Below are positions 24,275-33,784 of a stretch of DNA of 64,000 bases, in pieces. The notes under the pieces were generated by a model. The model saw nothing but the letters and a program-made list of their open reading frames with translations, did not search any database and had not been told where the DNA came from. The stretch spans positions 22,718-86,717 of the forward strand of contig JASHRG010000007.1 of assembly GCA_030037495.1 (NCBI GenBank), read 5' to 3'. Numbering within the stretch: position 1 is the first letter of the stretch; each line of letters starts with the position of its first letter. Made by a program: the position numbers and the translations under genes. The DNA is from Candidatus Micrarchaeota archaeon. GTDB lineage: Archaea > Micrarchaeota > Micrarchaeia > Micrarchaeales > Micrarchaeaceae.

Positions 24275-25173
24275 CTCTTTGTCAGTATCGCGCAGCTGTC
24301 TTTTTCCACCAATACCTCTAGCTCAGCCTGGGACACAAGCCCATGGCCTATTTCAATAAGCGTGGGATACCTGGTAAGCGCCCCAGCCCTTGAAAGCTCT
24401 GCAATCCCCGCATAGAGCTCAAACCTCGTCGGAACGCATTTTGACAGCCATCTCGTAGCAAACGGCTCGTGGCTGTAGTTCTTGCTTATTTCTTGCTGTA
24501 ATGCCCTTGCGCCGCTGTTCCTCACAGATACATCAATGTCATAGCTGTAGATATCACAAATGTCATCTTCCGTAACAAGGCCCCTGCCGTCTGTTGCGAA
24601 TGGTTCTATTGCAACCGTCATGCCCTCTTCAAGAGCCGTTTCATCCCCATTGTCAAAATTAGGGACAAATATGTCAGAATGAAGGTCGTGCGCCTTTACC
24701 GTGTGGCCACCGAGGTTTCTTATTGGATTAAATCCCATAGAGGAAATTGTTTTCTCTATCTCTTTCCCAACCTTGTTTACCTGCACTCCAGCCCTTATAA
24801 CAGAAAGCGCATTTTGCAGCGCGTGAACGGTCGCATCAACCAGCTTTCCATGCTCTCCTGAAAGGTCAACCGTAAGGGCGCAGTCTCCCAGTACGCCACT
24901 CTTCTCTGCGCCGAAGTCCACCTTAACAAGGTCATTTGGGCCAAATACCTTCTCATCGTCAAGCGATGGTGTGTAGTGCGCAGCCTGCATGTTTATTGAG
25001 AGGTTCAATGGGAAAGCTGTGCCATATCCTTGCTCCCTAAGGAATCCCTCCACTTTGTTTGCAACTTCAATCAGTTTTACCCCTGGCTTTACCATGTCTC
25101 TGGCCATTATCAATGCCCTGTGGGACATGGAGCCAACATCCATTGCAATGTCAATACTAATTTCGTCGATCAT
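24271..25173 (-). CDS. map: methionine aminopeptidase, type 2 (archaeal)
   Basis: Pita-bread fold motifs (VKVDFGAEKSGVLGDCALTV, GGHTVKAHDLH, AIEPFAT). It overlaps the nrdJ stop convergently by 4 nt. Confidence 0.85.
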   Translation of the reverse strand: MIDEISIDIAMDVGSMSHRALIMARDMVKPGVKLIEVANKVEGFLREQGYGTAFPLNLSINMQAAHYTPSLDDEKVFGPNDLVKVDFGAEKSGVLGDCALTVDLSGEHGKLVDATVHALQNALSVIRAGVQVNKVGKEIEKTISSMGFNPIRNLGGHTVKAHDLHSDIFVPNFDNGDETALEEGMTVAIEPFATDGRGLVTEDDICDIYSYDIDVSVRNSGARALQQEISKNYSHEPFATRWLSKCVPTRFELYAGIAELSRAGALTRYPTLIEIGHGLVSQAELEVLVEKDSCAILTKS

Positions 25174-25181
25174 TGATCCGC

Positions 25182-27650
25182 CTACAGTCTGTTCTGCTTG
25201 CCCATCCCCTTCAACTCATCCTCATCGAAGTCAAGCTCCTTAAGTATTTTCATTGTCGCAGGTAGGACCTGGTGGTTTATGTAGTAGTCAGGGTCATAGT
25301 CCTGCGCGAATTCCTCAAGCTCTGCCCTGTCTGATACAGAATTTCCGTGCCTTGTGATGACATAACCAATCACAGCTCTCTCCACCTCATCACGAGTCTT
25401 GAGCCCCTTCTGCACCGCCTTCTTCGCTGCAGCGAGTTCTGGGGATTTTGCGTCATATGCGTCAATAGCCTTCCTTAGTTGTGTGTTTATAACAAGCTCC
25501 TTTATTGGCACCTTGCCCTCTTTGAGCTTCTTTACGGTTTCTTTTACTACTTCAGCTGCTTTCTCCTTGCTTCCCTCTTTAAGTATCGCCTCTAGCACCA
25601 TTCTCTGGGTATCCCTTGCAACCCTTGACCAGTCCCTGCGTACAAGTTCAAAGCCGCGTATCTTTATCCTCCCAGTCTCAGATATCAGGGCGTATTTCTT
25701 CTTTGCCCCAAGTCCCTCCTTCTCGCCCTTCTTGCCGACAAACACACCCCTGGTATAGAAGTCTTCAAGCTCAAGCTCCATTGTTTCAGGCAGAAGCGCA
25801 TTCACAGACTTCATGAAAGCAATCGTGTCGTCCTTTTTCCTGTCTCCAAGAAGCATCATTATCGAATCTGTGTCGCTGTACAAGACCCTGTAGCCCTTCT
25901 GCTCGGCTTGCGCAATCGTGTCCTTGATGTACTGCCTGCCATAGGCCGTGACGCTCGCCGCGCAATCCCTGGAGTACCATCTCGACCTGGCGTAACCAAG
26001 GTAACCATAGAAAGAGTTGGAAACTATCTTAAGGGCCTGCGACCTTGCGCCAAGCTCGATGTTGTTGGGGTTCTTTTTATACTCCTTTTTCACGCTGCTG
26101 CGCTGCTCTATAAGAAGCTTAAGTATCGTAGGAACTATCGACTCCCTGTCCCTATCAAATTTTATGCCTGTTGGCGACGTGTAATAGTTTGCGCAGTCAG
26201 TGCAGATCGACGATGGGTCTATGTTGTGCGATATTATTATCGAAGGGTACAGGCCCCTGAAGTCGAAGACAGCTAGATTCTCATAAATTCCATGATCAGG
26301 GGTCTTTACATAAGCCCCTTCAATCGGGTTCATAGACCTTCTCCTTATCTCAGTTTCGTCGGGCTTGTTCGGTATGAGCTCCTTGAAGTCATGCGCATAC
26401 CTCATAAGCGTGAACTCAACAAGCTGCCCTGCAGTGGCAACCGCAACATCTGTAAGCATGTCACCGGTTGTCCTAGCAAGCTCTATCATTATTGGCATGA
26501 ACGTGTTGTACACCTCTGTCAGCGCCTCAGAATCGTTCAGGCTGTAATCGGCAAGCTCCTCAAGCTCTGCTCTGCCGCCATCCCAGAGCTTCCAGATGCT
26601 GGTCTTCTCAACCGCGACCTTCTTTCCCTTGCCAATCGCCTCATACACGTTCTTGAGAGTGTAGCTGTTGAGTTTGAGCATGTGCTCTGCCGCGCCTACA
26701 ACTGCAATAAACCTTACAACAAGGTACATGTCCACGTGCACCCTCCCAGCGCACTTTACCCTTTCAACAAGGCCATGCCTTTCAAGCTTTGTTGTTCCGT
26801 CAAATCTGCTTACGTCAAAGTCAATCTTAAGCTTCCTGGCCCGCTCAAGCATGTACTTTATGTCAAAGTTTGCAGAATTATACCCGGTAACGATGTCTAT
26901 TTCCAGCTCCATTACTATGTCTATGAAGCGTTTGAGCAGCTCAGCTTCGCCTTTTACCGTTTCAACATACGGCTTGTCGATCTTTTTCCAGGTTAGGACC
27001 CCCTTTCCGCTCTTGCCGTTTGCGCTGTAGACATAGCTTATCATTATTACTGGGTCTATTTCCGGCCTTGGCATGCCAAGAGGGTTGTACACCTCTATGT
27101 CAAAGCACAGCAGATTGGGCTGTGCTTTTATCGTGCCGCCGAGCTCTTTCATTGAGTTTAGAATGTAGCCTTGCTTCTGCTTTGTGACCCTTATTTCATA
27201 CAGGACAAATGGGAAAAGCCCCTTGTCAAGCACATACCTCTTTGCAAAGGGTATGTCAAATTCGTAGCACTCTCCAATATGCTGCATCTCAGAGCTCAGT
27301 TTAGGCACAAAGGATGGGGTCTTAACAAATACTTTGTAGGCATCAACATCCTTGCCGAATATGCTCCTACGCTCCTTCTCAATGTTTGTAGGCCTTATCA
27401 CTAATGATTGTTCCACAGTAGAAGTATTCTTTATCTCCTCGTCTGTCATGCGCCTTTGAGGGACGAAGTAGAAATATGGTTTGAACGAAGGGTCAACTAT
27501 CTCATAGGACTTGCCGTCGCTGCCTTTGATCAGCATCCTTATGTGGACCTCGTCTCCCGCGCCAACATAGTCCACGTCGAGCAGTATCCCCTCTATAGTG
27601 GATTCCTTGCCCGAACCATCACTTGTCTTCTCCCTTTCAGAAATAGCCAT
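25182..27650 (-). CDS. polB: family B DNA polymerase
   Basis: Exo I FDIEVYN, Exo II NSANFDIKY, Exo III YSLNDSEAL, motif A DFRGLYPSII, motif B KIVSNSFYGYLGY, motif C YSDTDS. At 822 aa there is no intein. Confidence 0.92.
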   Translation of the reverse strand: MAISEREKTSDGSGKESTIEGILLDVDYVGAGDEVHIRMLIKGSDGKSYEIVDPSFKPYFYFVPQRRMTDEEIKNTSTVEQSLVIRPTNIEKERRSIFGKDVDAYKVFVKTPSFVPKLSSEMQHIGECYEFDIPFAKRYVLDKGLFPFVLYEIRVTKQKQGYILNSMKELGGTIKAQPNLLCFDIEVYNPLGMPRPEIDPVIMISYVYSANGKSGKGVLTWKKIDKPYVETVKGEAELLKRFIDIVMELEIDIVTGYNSANFDIKYMLERARKLKIDFDVSRFDGTTKLERHGLVERVKCAGRVHVDMYLVVRFIAVVGAAEHMLKLNSYTLKNVYEAIGKGKKVAVEKTSIWKLWDGGRAELEELADYSLNDSEALTEVYNTFMPIMIELARTTGDMLTDVAVATAGQLVEFTLMRYAHDFKELIPNKPDETEIRRRSMNPIEGAYVKTPDHGIYENLAVFDFRGLYPSIIISHNIDPSSICTDCANYYTSPTGIKFDRDRESIVPTILKLLIEQRSSVKKEYKKNPNNIELGARSQALKIVSNSFYGYLGYARSRWYSRDCAASVTAYGRQYIKDTIAQAEQKGYRVLYSDTDSIMMLLGDRKKDDTIAFMKSVNALLPETMELELEDFYTRGVFVGKKGEKEGLGAKKKYALISETGRIKIRGFELVRRDWSRVARDTQRMVLEAILKEGSKEKAAEVVKETVKKLKEGKVPIKELVINTQLRKAIDAYDAKSPELAAAKKAVQKGLKTRDEVERAVIGYVITRHGNSVSDRAELEEFAQDYDPDYYINHQVLPATMKILKELDFDEDELKGMGKQNRL

Positions 27651-27702
27651 AGACTATCAACTTCAGAGCATTGTCCCTTGTGCTGTCGAAGCAAAGGGGG
27701 TC

Positions 27703-28119
27703 TCACTTTCCTTCCTGAATCTTGGTTGTGCTTATTACCAATGGAGGAATGAGGCCTAGCGCATACGCGACAAGTGTTCCTGTTGCGCTGCATCTGAAGT
27801 TTAGCCCGTTTATTATCTCCTCGGCAATGTCTACCGGTAGGGTCTTCTTCTCCTGCCATCTCTTCATTATAGAAGAGGCGTTCTCCTTGGATTCAGTGAG
27901 TTCAACCACTCCGCCGAGCTTCAATTGTCCGACGTTCTTTGCCTTTTCAGCATCACCGTCAAAGTAATCCGCTATGAACGTGTAGTCTATCTTTATCTTT
28001 GTGCCATCAGAGTTCACAGCATCAAGGCTGATGTTAAGCTTCGGGAACCTCTGCCTTGACAATGAGTCGGCAGAGTCTATTTTCCCCTCAACATGCGATA
28101 TCGTAAATCCTGTTATCAT
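27703..28119 (-). CDS. hypothetical 138-aa protein, first gene of the polB-map transcription unit; weak SecB-like pattern
   Basis: Same strand as polB and 52 nt upstream of it, with its own TATA at 28152-28163. The C-terminal INGLNFRCSATGTLVAYALGLIPPLVIS is reminiscent of SecB (CP..LFPY.R.....L....G.PPL.L.P). Confidence 0.4.
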   Translation of the reverse strand: MITGFTISHVEGKIDSADSLSRQRFPKLNISLDAVNSDGTKIKIDYTFIADYFDGDAEKAKNVGQLKLGGVVELTESKENASSIMKRWQEKKTLPVDIAEEIINGLNFRCSATGTLVAYALGLIPPLVISTTKIQEGK

Positions 28120-28151
28120 TCAATCACTTGCAACTAAACTTATATCGTGAA

Positions 28152-28163
28152 GCTATTTAAAGC
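28152..28163 (-). promoter_or_regulatory. putative BRE/TATA promoter for the 138-aa ORF / polB / map unit
   Basis: The minus strand reads GCTTTAAATAGC, ending ~33 nt upstream of ATG 28119. Confidence 0.45.
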
Positions 28164-28190
28164 TGCCTTTTTAGACGGGAAAGTGGAACA

Positions 28191-28829
28191 CTAGGCGAAA
28201 CTGTCATATATCTGGGCAATGCCCCTGAGCATTATGTTTATCACAAATACAGCCACCAGCACATAGCCTATCCATAGCGGCCATCCGAGTATATAGACCA
28301 GGACAAGATAAGAAAAAGCAAGGGTCTTTGGAGCGTTTATCATAGCCCTGGAGAAGTTCGATGAGTAAACCATCTGGCCAAACTTGGTCTTCATCTGGGC
28401 AGATGTGCCTCTCGCGCCCATTATCGCATCAACGAACGTGTGCCTTATTATTACCAGTATGAACACCCAGAGTGGTACAAGGTTAAGATATGTGAAAGTA
28501 AGCCAGAACATGTACTCTACAGCACGGTCGCCTGCAATGTCTATCCTTGCCCCGTAGGGCGCTGCCTTCTTTGCAGCCTCTTTATAGTTCTTTATCTGCT
28601 TTTCAACAGAGGGATTGCCAAATATCGATGCATTTACATACGAAATGAAGCCAAGCCTGCCACTGCTCGCCTCCCTGATTGCAAAGTAACCATCAAGCCC
28701 ATCAACTATCCTTTCAACCACAATGCCTGCTATAAGCAGAACAGGGTTTAATTTGAGGAATATGCCATAGACTACCAATATCGCAAGTATCACTCTTGAC
28801 AAAGTGGCTGCATCGGCGCTTCGCATCAA
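28191..28829 (-). CDS. CDP-alcohol phosphatidyltransferase family protein (divergent, split signature)
   Basis: VDGLDGYFAIRE ... GARIDIAGDRAVE corresponds to DG-x2-AR...G-x3-D-x3-D, but the two halves are ~40 aa apart instead of ~8. The protein has multiple TM segments. Confidence 0.55.
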   Translation of the reverse strand: MMRSADAATLSRVILAILVVYGIFLKLNPVLLIAGIVVERIVDGLDGYFAIREASSGRLGFISYVNASIFGNPSVEKQIKNYKEAAKKAAPYGARIDIAGDRAVEYMFWLTFTYLNLVPLWVFILVIIRHTFVDAIMGARGTSAQMKTKFGQMVYSSNFSRAMINAPKTLAFSYLVLVYILGWPLWIGYVLVAVFVINIMLRGIAQIYDSFA

Positions 28830-28898
28830 TAGGCCCCAAACTTATAAGCATCAAAAACAACAAATAATAAGCCTTTGTTGCTCTAAGCTAGTTTAGAC

Positions 28899-28971
28899 AG
28901 CCCCATCGTCTAGTGGCCAAGGACTGCGGGCTTTGGACCCGCCAACACCGGTTCGAATCCGGTTGGGGCTA
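28899..28971 (+). tRNA. tRNA-Gln (anticodon UUG)
   Basis: Acceptor AGCCCCA/TGGGGCT, anticodon arm GCGGG-CTTTGGA-CCCGC, T arm CCGG-TTCGAAT-CCGG. Confidence 0.9.
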
Positions 28972-28985
28972 GAGAATGTGATAAG

Positions 28986-29843
28986 ATGATAGAATGGTAT
29001 TACTTTGCAATAGCATCAGGGTTGTTGCTTGCATTCGCCGCGCTGATAGAAAAGCATATGCTCAACCATGAGCACGCAACTTCATTCACCGCAATAACTA
29101 CTATAGTATCAACGATCTTCTCGCTGGTGCTTTTGGTGTACTCCAACTTCAGCATTAGCATAACAGAATTCATCCTGATCTACATAGCAAGCACATTTTT
29201 CCTTGCAAACGGTCTTCTGGTGGCGAGGCTGTACAGACACAGCGAAGTTTCTTCAGTAAACCCCATAACAAGCACGCTGCCGATACTGTTCCTTACCGTA
29301 CTCACATTCATTTTCATAAACGAAGTACTCACACTAACGCAGTACCTTGGCATAGTCGTCCTGGTCGCGGCAATATACCTGATGCTAAGCGATAGCAAGA
29401 AGACTATTCCTGTAGAATTTCTAAGGAAGAACATCCAGTATTTCATTGTCGCTGCGCTGTTCTATTCGATAGCTGCAACGATCCTGAAGTACACGCTTTC
29501 AGCAGTGTCGCCATACACGTTCCTGGTGCTTTCCAGCTTGTTCATGTCGGTTGACATGCTGATATTTGTTTTTGTAAGGTTCAGGACTTTCAAGTACATA
29601 ATAAGGGATGTCAGGTCTTACAAGCTCGAAGTTACGATGTTCTCAATAGCATCAGTGGGTTATGGGCTTTTCTATTACCTGGCAGTTGCGCAGCAGTCAG
29701 TCAGCCTTGTGTTTCCGCTCAGGAGCGGCATCAGCGTGCTCCTTGCTGTATTCGCAAGCGGGATACTTCTAAAAGAAAAGGTCGTAAAGCGCATACCACT
29801 AGCGATAATAATGGTAATTGCCATGTATCTTCTTATAAGGTAG
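28986..29843 (+). CDS. EamA/DMT-superfamily transporter
   Basis: Ten predicted TM helices in two homologous halves; 285 aa. Confidence 0.6.
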   Translation: MIEWYYFAIASGLLLAFAALIEKHMLNHEHATSFTAITTIVSTIFSLVLLVYSNFSISITEFILIYIASTFFLANGLLVARLYRHSEVSSVNPITSTLPILFLTVLTFIFINEVLTLTQYLGIVVLVAAIYLMLSDSKKTIPVEFLRKNIQYFIVAALFYSIAATILKYTLSAVSPYTFLVLSSLFMSVDMLIFVFVRFRTFKYIIRDVRSYKLEVTMFSIASVGYGLFYYLAVAQQSVSLVFPLRSGISVLLAVFASGILLKEKVVKRIPLAIIMVIAMYLLIR

Positions 29844-29849
29844 TTAAAT

Positions 29850-30347
29850 ATGGCCAGCAGCAAAGCAAAAAACACATTACTAGCAGCGATCATAATAATA
29901 GCCGTAGCGGTTGTGCTTATTTATTTACTGACACAACATAGCACCCAGCCAGCCCAAGGAAACCTTAACCAAGAATTTGAGGTTGTAAAACTAATAGTGG
30001 AGTCAAGTTCTGGCGCAAGCACGTATTACGCCTATATCGCAACAACAATCCAGCAGCAGGAACTCGGTTACATGAACCAATCATCAATAGGCAACTGCGG
30101 TGGCAAAAGTCCATGTCTTGGCATGATATTTTACTTCGGTAATTACAGCGACGAATGCTTTTGGATGAAGAACACCGAAATACCGCTGGAACAAGCCTGG
30201 ATATCAGAAAACGACACGATAACCTACATCTACAATGCAACTCCATATTCAACAACCCCAGTATGCAGCGATGGGCTCCTTGTTCTGGAAGCAAATCCAG
30301 GCGCACCAATTGCTGTTGGTGATAAACTGATAATGTCAAACAGCTAA
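29850..30347 (+). CDS. DUF192 family protein with N-terminal membrane anchor
   Basis: ATTIQQQELGYMNQSS...GMIFYFGN..ECFWMKNTEIPLEQAWI matches DUF192 (GLM...GMLF.F....FWMKNT.IPLD). Confidence 0.6.
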   Translation: MASSKAKNTLLAAIIIIAVAVVLIYLLTQHSTQPAQGNLNQEFEVVKLIVESSSGASTYYAYIATTIQQQELGYMNQSSIGNCGGKSPCLGMIFYFGNYSDECFWMKNTEIPLEQAWISENDTITYIYNATPYSTTPVCSDGLLVLEANPGAPIAVGDKLIMSNS

Positions 30348-31060
30348 ACCAGCTTTATTTCAATCCTTTTCCTTCTGCTTCCCTTGTTCTCGTAGCCATT
30401 CAGCACTATCAGGCCAAGCTCCTTTGTGTTTTTCACGTGCGTGCCCCCGTCAGCCTGCTCATCAAGACCCTCTATCTCAACTATTCTTACTGTTTTTAGG
30501 CTTTCAAGCAGTTTGCGCCCGGTCTCAGTTCTAGATAGTCTTGGTATCTTCAAGGCCTCTTCCACACCTATCTCCCTTGTGGATATCCTGTGCCCTTCCA
30601 CCGCTACTTCGTTTGCCTTTGCGAGTATCTCAGCAACCTTCTCCTTGCCCAGGTCAGGCATGTCAACGTCTATTCTGGCCCTGTCAAAGTAGATCTGGCC
30701 TCCTGTTATGAGCCCAGAGTTGTAGTGCCTTTCAATAACACCATCAATAGTGTGGAGCGCGCTGTGGTACCTCATACTAGCATACCTCTTGTCCCAGTCA
30801 ATTGCGCACGCCACACGGTCTCCGTTTCTTGCGCCCGGCTGCCTGTCAAGCAGGTGCACAACATCATCGCCTTCCTTCCTAAGTCCTGTAACCGTGTAAG
30901 ATGCCCCATTTATTACCAGTTTTCCTGTGTCGCTTGGCTGGCCTCCTCCTTCAGGATAGAATATGGTCTTGTCAAGAACGAGCTCAGCACCGTTAAGTCC
31001 CTCTATACGTGCATCGAGCTCCTTTGCGTAAGAATCAGTAAGATAAACCTTTATAGTCAT
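30344..31060 (-). CDS. alaX: AlaX-type trans-editing domain protein (alanyl-tRNA synthetase editing-domain homolog)
   Basis: HSALHTIDGV and DGGTHVKNTKELG zinc-binding motifs; ~238 aa (AlaX-M size). Confidence 0.8.
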   Translation of the reverse strand: MTIKVYLTDSYAKELDARIEGLNGAELVLDKTIFYPEGGGQPSDTGKLVINGASYTVTGLRKEGDDVVHLLDRQPGARNGDRVACAIDWDKRYASMRYHSALHTIDGVIERHYNSGLITGGQIYFDRARIDVDMPDLGKEKVAEILAKANEVAVEGHRISTREIGVEEALKIPRLSRTETGRKLLESLKTVRIVEIEGLDEQADGGTHVKNTKELGLIVLNGYENKGSRRKRIEIKLV

Positions 31061-31064
31061 CGAG

Positions 31065-31445
31065 TTAACCCTTGTAGGTCTTTATGGCTTTCTGGACAGC
31101 AACCAGCGAAAGCGTTGCGCATTTAAGCCTTGCTGGTCCGGGGTCTATCCCAAGCATTTTAATGACATCTTTCGGGCCCATCGCAGACACGTCAGAAATC
31201 TTTTTGCCCCTAAGCTCATCAGTAAGCATGCTGGCCGCACCTATGCTTATGGCACAGCCCTCTCCGGAAAACTTTGCCTCAGAAACGGCGCCATCCTTTA
31301 TGTTGAGGTAAACCGTAATGTCGTCACCACAAACAGGGTTGAGCTCATGGAAAAGGACACTCGGGTCATTTATCTTGCCCTTGTTGTGCGGATGTTCATA
31401 ATGCGATATTATCTCCTCAGCGTACATATCAATACTCATGCTCAC
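31065..31445 (-). CDS. sufU: SufU/IscU-type Fe-S cluster scaffold / sulfur acceptor
   Basis: HYEHPHNKG, NPVCGDDITVYL, GEGCAIS, ARLKCATL. ATGA overlap with the sufS stop. Confidence 0.8.
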   Translation of the reverse strand: MSMSIDMYAEEIISHYEHPHNKGKINDPSVLFHELNPVCGDDITVYLNIKDGAVSEAKFSGEGCAISIGAASMLTDELRGKKISDVSAMGPKDVIKMLGIDPGPARLKCATLSLVAVQKAIKTYKG

Positions 31446-32728
31446 ACCCGCGCCCTGGCGCTGTCCTTTATCTTGAAAATACTTTTTACTTTTCTGATGG
31501 CATCCATCGCCCTGTCTATGTCACTTTCCGTGTTGTACACATAGAAGCTCATCCTGGACAGGGCTGGCTTGTGCAGCGTTTCCACCACAAGAGGCATTGC
31601 GCAGTGGTGGCCAGCCCTCACAGCGATTCCTTCGCTGTCAAAAACGGAAGCCACGTCATGGGCATGCACTCCCAGTATTTCAAAGGCTATGACCCCGACC
31701 CTGTTGTCAACATGGTTCACCGGCAAGCCGCACACATCTACCCCGCCAACGCCAGCTATCCTTTCAAGTGCATATTTCGTAAGCGCCCTCTCGTGCGCCC
31801 TTATGTTGTCCATCCCAAGCTTCTTCAAGCAGTCAACAGCAGCGCCAAGGCCAATACCTCCTTCAATGTTTGCAGTGCCGGCCTCAAACTTCCACGGCAG
31901 CTCGTTTGCTGTAAATCCAAAGTGCTCAACAGACCTTATCATGTCACCTCCGCCAAGCACCGGCGGCATTTCCTCAAGAAGACTCTTTTTTGCGTATAGG
32001 ACGCCTATCCCGGCGGGGCCAAGCATCTTGTGGCCTGAGAACGCGAAGAAGTCTGCATCTATCTCTTTAACATCAACCCTCATGTGCGGCACAGACTGAG
32101 CACCGTCAATAAGCACCTTGGCGCCAACCACATGAGCCTTTTTCGCCACGCTCTTTACATCGATTATTGTGCCGAGCACGTTAGAGCAGTGGCTTACCGC
32201 AACAAGCTTCGGATTTTTCTCTAGGCCTTTCTCAACGCTTGCATCGTCAAATTTGCAGAGTTTGGCGTCAAGCTTTATGTAATCAACTATAGCACCCTTT
32301 CTCTTCGCCAGCATAAGCCACGGGACTATGTTGCTGTGGTGCTCAAGTTCAGATATCAGTATTCTGTCGTTTTTTGCAATGTTCTGCTCTGCCCAGCTCA
32401 GCGCAACCAGGTTTATTGATTCAGTGGTGTTCCTGGTGTAGACAATCTCTTCAAGCGAAGCAGCGTTTATCAGGGAAGCGACTTTGCGCTTTGATTCCTC
32501 ATAAGCTTCCGTTGCCTTCTCTGAGATCTGGTAAACACCGCGGTGTATGTTTGCATTGTAGGTCTTGTAGTATCTGGAAATTGCATTTATTACCTGCTTT
32601 GGCTTCTGGGATGTCGCAGCGCTGTCTAGGTAGACAAACGGTTTCCCATTTACCTTTATCCTAAATATTGGGAAATCTCTCCTTACCTTCTCAGCATCTA
32701 ATCCAGGCATATTAATTTCTCTTGCCAT
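31442..32728 (-). CDS. sufS: cysteine desulfurase SufS (class V aminotransferase)
   Basis: FSGHKMLGP (PLP lysine), RAGHHCA (catalytic Cys) and RRDFPI at the N-terminus. The start may be ATG 32710. Confidence 0.88.
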   Translation of the reverse strand: MAREINMPGLDAEKVRRDFPIFRIKVNGKPFVYLDSAATSQKPKQVINAISRYYKTYNANIHRGVYQISEKATEAYEESKRKVASLINAASLEEIVYTRNTTESINLVALSWAEQNIAKNDRILISELEHHSNIVPWLMLAKRKGAIVDYIKLDAKLCKFDDASVEKGLEKNPKLVAVSHCSNVLGTIIDVKSVAKKAHVVGAKVLIDGAQSVPHMRVDVKEIDADFFAFSGHKMLGPAGIGVLYAKKSLLEEMPPVLGGGDMIRSVEHFGFTANELPWKFEAGTANIEGGIGLGAAVDCLKKLGMDNIRAHERALTKYALERIAGVGGVDVCGLPVNHVDNRVGVIAFEILGVHAHDVASVFDSEGIAVRAGHHCAMPLVVETLHKPALSRMSFYVYNTESDIDRAMDAIRKVKSIFKIKDSARARV

Positions 32729-33461
32729 TTGATTTTATAAAGGAATCGTATCCTTCCTTCTCAAGCTTGAGTATAAGATCCTGCCCTCCCTCAGCTACCA
32801 TTTTGCCGCCTGCCATCACATGAACGTATTCTGGCTTCATGTAGTTGAGGATCCTGCTATAGTGGGTTATCAGGAGAAGTCCCATTTTTTGTTTGTTATA
32901 AATCTCGTTTATGCTTTCCGCCACTGCCTTTACAGCATCTATGTCAAGCCCAGAGTCCGGCTCGTCAAGTATGGCAAGCTTTGGTTTCAGCAGCGCCATT
33001 TGCAGGATCTCAGCCTTCTTCTTCTCTCCTCCGGAAAAGCCCTGGTTAAGCGACCTGCCTATTATGCCACCGGATATAGCAAGTTTGTCCGTATACTCCC
33101 TTATCTCTGCCATGAACTGCTTTATGTCTACTGTGCTCCCAGTAGTCGACTCTCTTGCAGCTCTGAGGAAGTTTACAAAGCCCACTCCCTCCACTTCCAC
33201 CGGAGCCTGGAACTCTAGAAAAAGACCAAGCTTGGCGCGCTTGTCGGCGCTCATGTCCTTGACGCTCTGCCCGTTGAAGATGATATCCCCGCTCTTTATC
33301 TTGGTGCTCGGGTGGCCCATCACCGCTTTTGCAAGGGTCGTCTTTCCGGAACCGTTGTGGCCCATCAAAACATGGAATTCACCATCATTTATCTTGAGAT
33401 TGACCCCCCTTATTATCTCCTTTCCTTCAACTTCAACATGTAAGTCCTTTATTTCCAGCAT
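32712..33461 (-). CDS. sufC: Fe-S cluster assembly ATPase SufC
   Basis: Walker A GHNGSGKTT, ABC signature FSGGEKKK, Walker B LAILDEPDSGLD. Confidence 0.9.
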   Translation of the reverse strand: MLEIKDLHVEVEGKEIIRGVNLKINDGEFHVLMGHNGSGKTTLAKAVMGHPSTKIKSGDIIFNGQSVKDMSADKRAKLGLFLEFQAPVEVEGVGFVNFLRAARESTTGSTVDIKQFMAEIREYTDKLAISGGIIGRSLNQGFSGGEKKKAEILQMALLKPKLAILDEPDSGLDIDAVKAVAESINEIYNKQKMGLLLITHYSRILNYMKPEYVHVMAGGKMVAEGGQDLILKLEKEGYDSFIKSNGKRN

Positions 33462-33465
33462 TTCA

Positions 33466-33783
33466 TCACTTGATCATAAGGTTGCACTCAAAGCTAAGGT
33501 TCCTCGCGCACATCTTGCATACGACCCTTTGGGAGTCGTAGGCATTGCTGTTGACTATCATGTCAACGAAGGCCGCCACCTCTGCCTTGTTGAGCTTTGA
33601 TTCGAACTTCTTCACAGTATTCGAGTATCTTCCGCTTAGGTATTTGCTTACTGCAGCTTGGGTTATCCCAAGGAATTTTGCAATATCTTCTTGCTTCATC
33701 CTTTTATCGTTGTACATTATCCTTGCTGCGCTAGCCTTAAGCGAAGGCATAAACTCCTTTATCATGTGCTCATACTCTGTCAT
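33466..33783 (-). CDS. HTH (XRE-like) DNA-binding protein embedded in the suf operon
   Basis: QEDIAKFLGITQAAVSKYLSG is a helix-turn-helix motif. The C-terminal part carries Cys residues (VCKMCARNLSFEC). Confidence 0.6.
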   Translation of the reverse strand: MTEYEHMIKEFMPSLKASAARIMYNDKRMKQEDIAKFLGITQAAVSKYLSGRYSNTVKKFESKLNKAEVAAFVDMIVNSNAYDSQRVVCKMCARNLSFECNLMIK

Positions 33784-33784
33784 A

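Noticed and set aside
21965-27650. Inteins in NrdJ and PolB, and elsewhere in RadA, aEF-2 and SMC.
   Set aside because: The lengths (769, 822, ~317, 730 and 1131 aa) and uninterrupted catalytic motifs are those of intein-free proteins.
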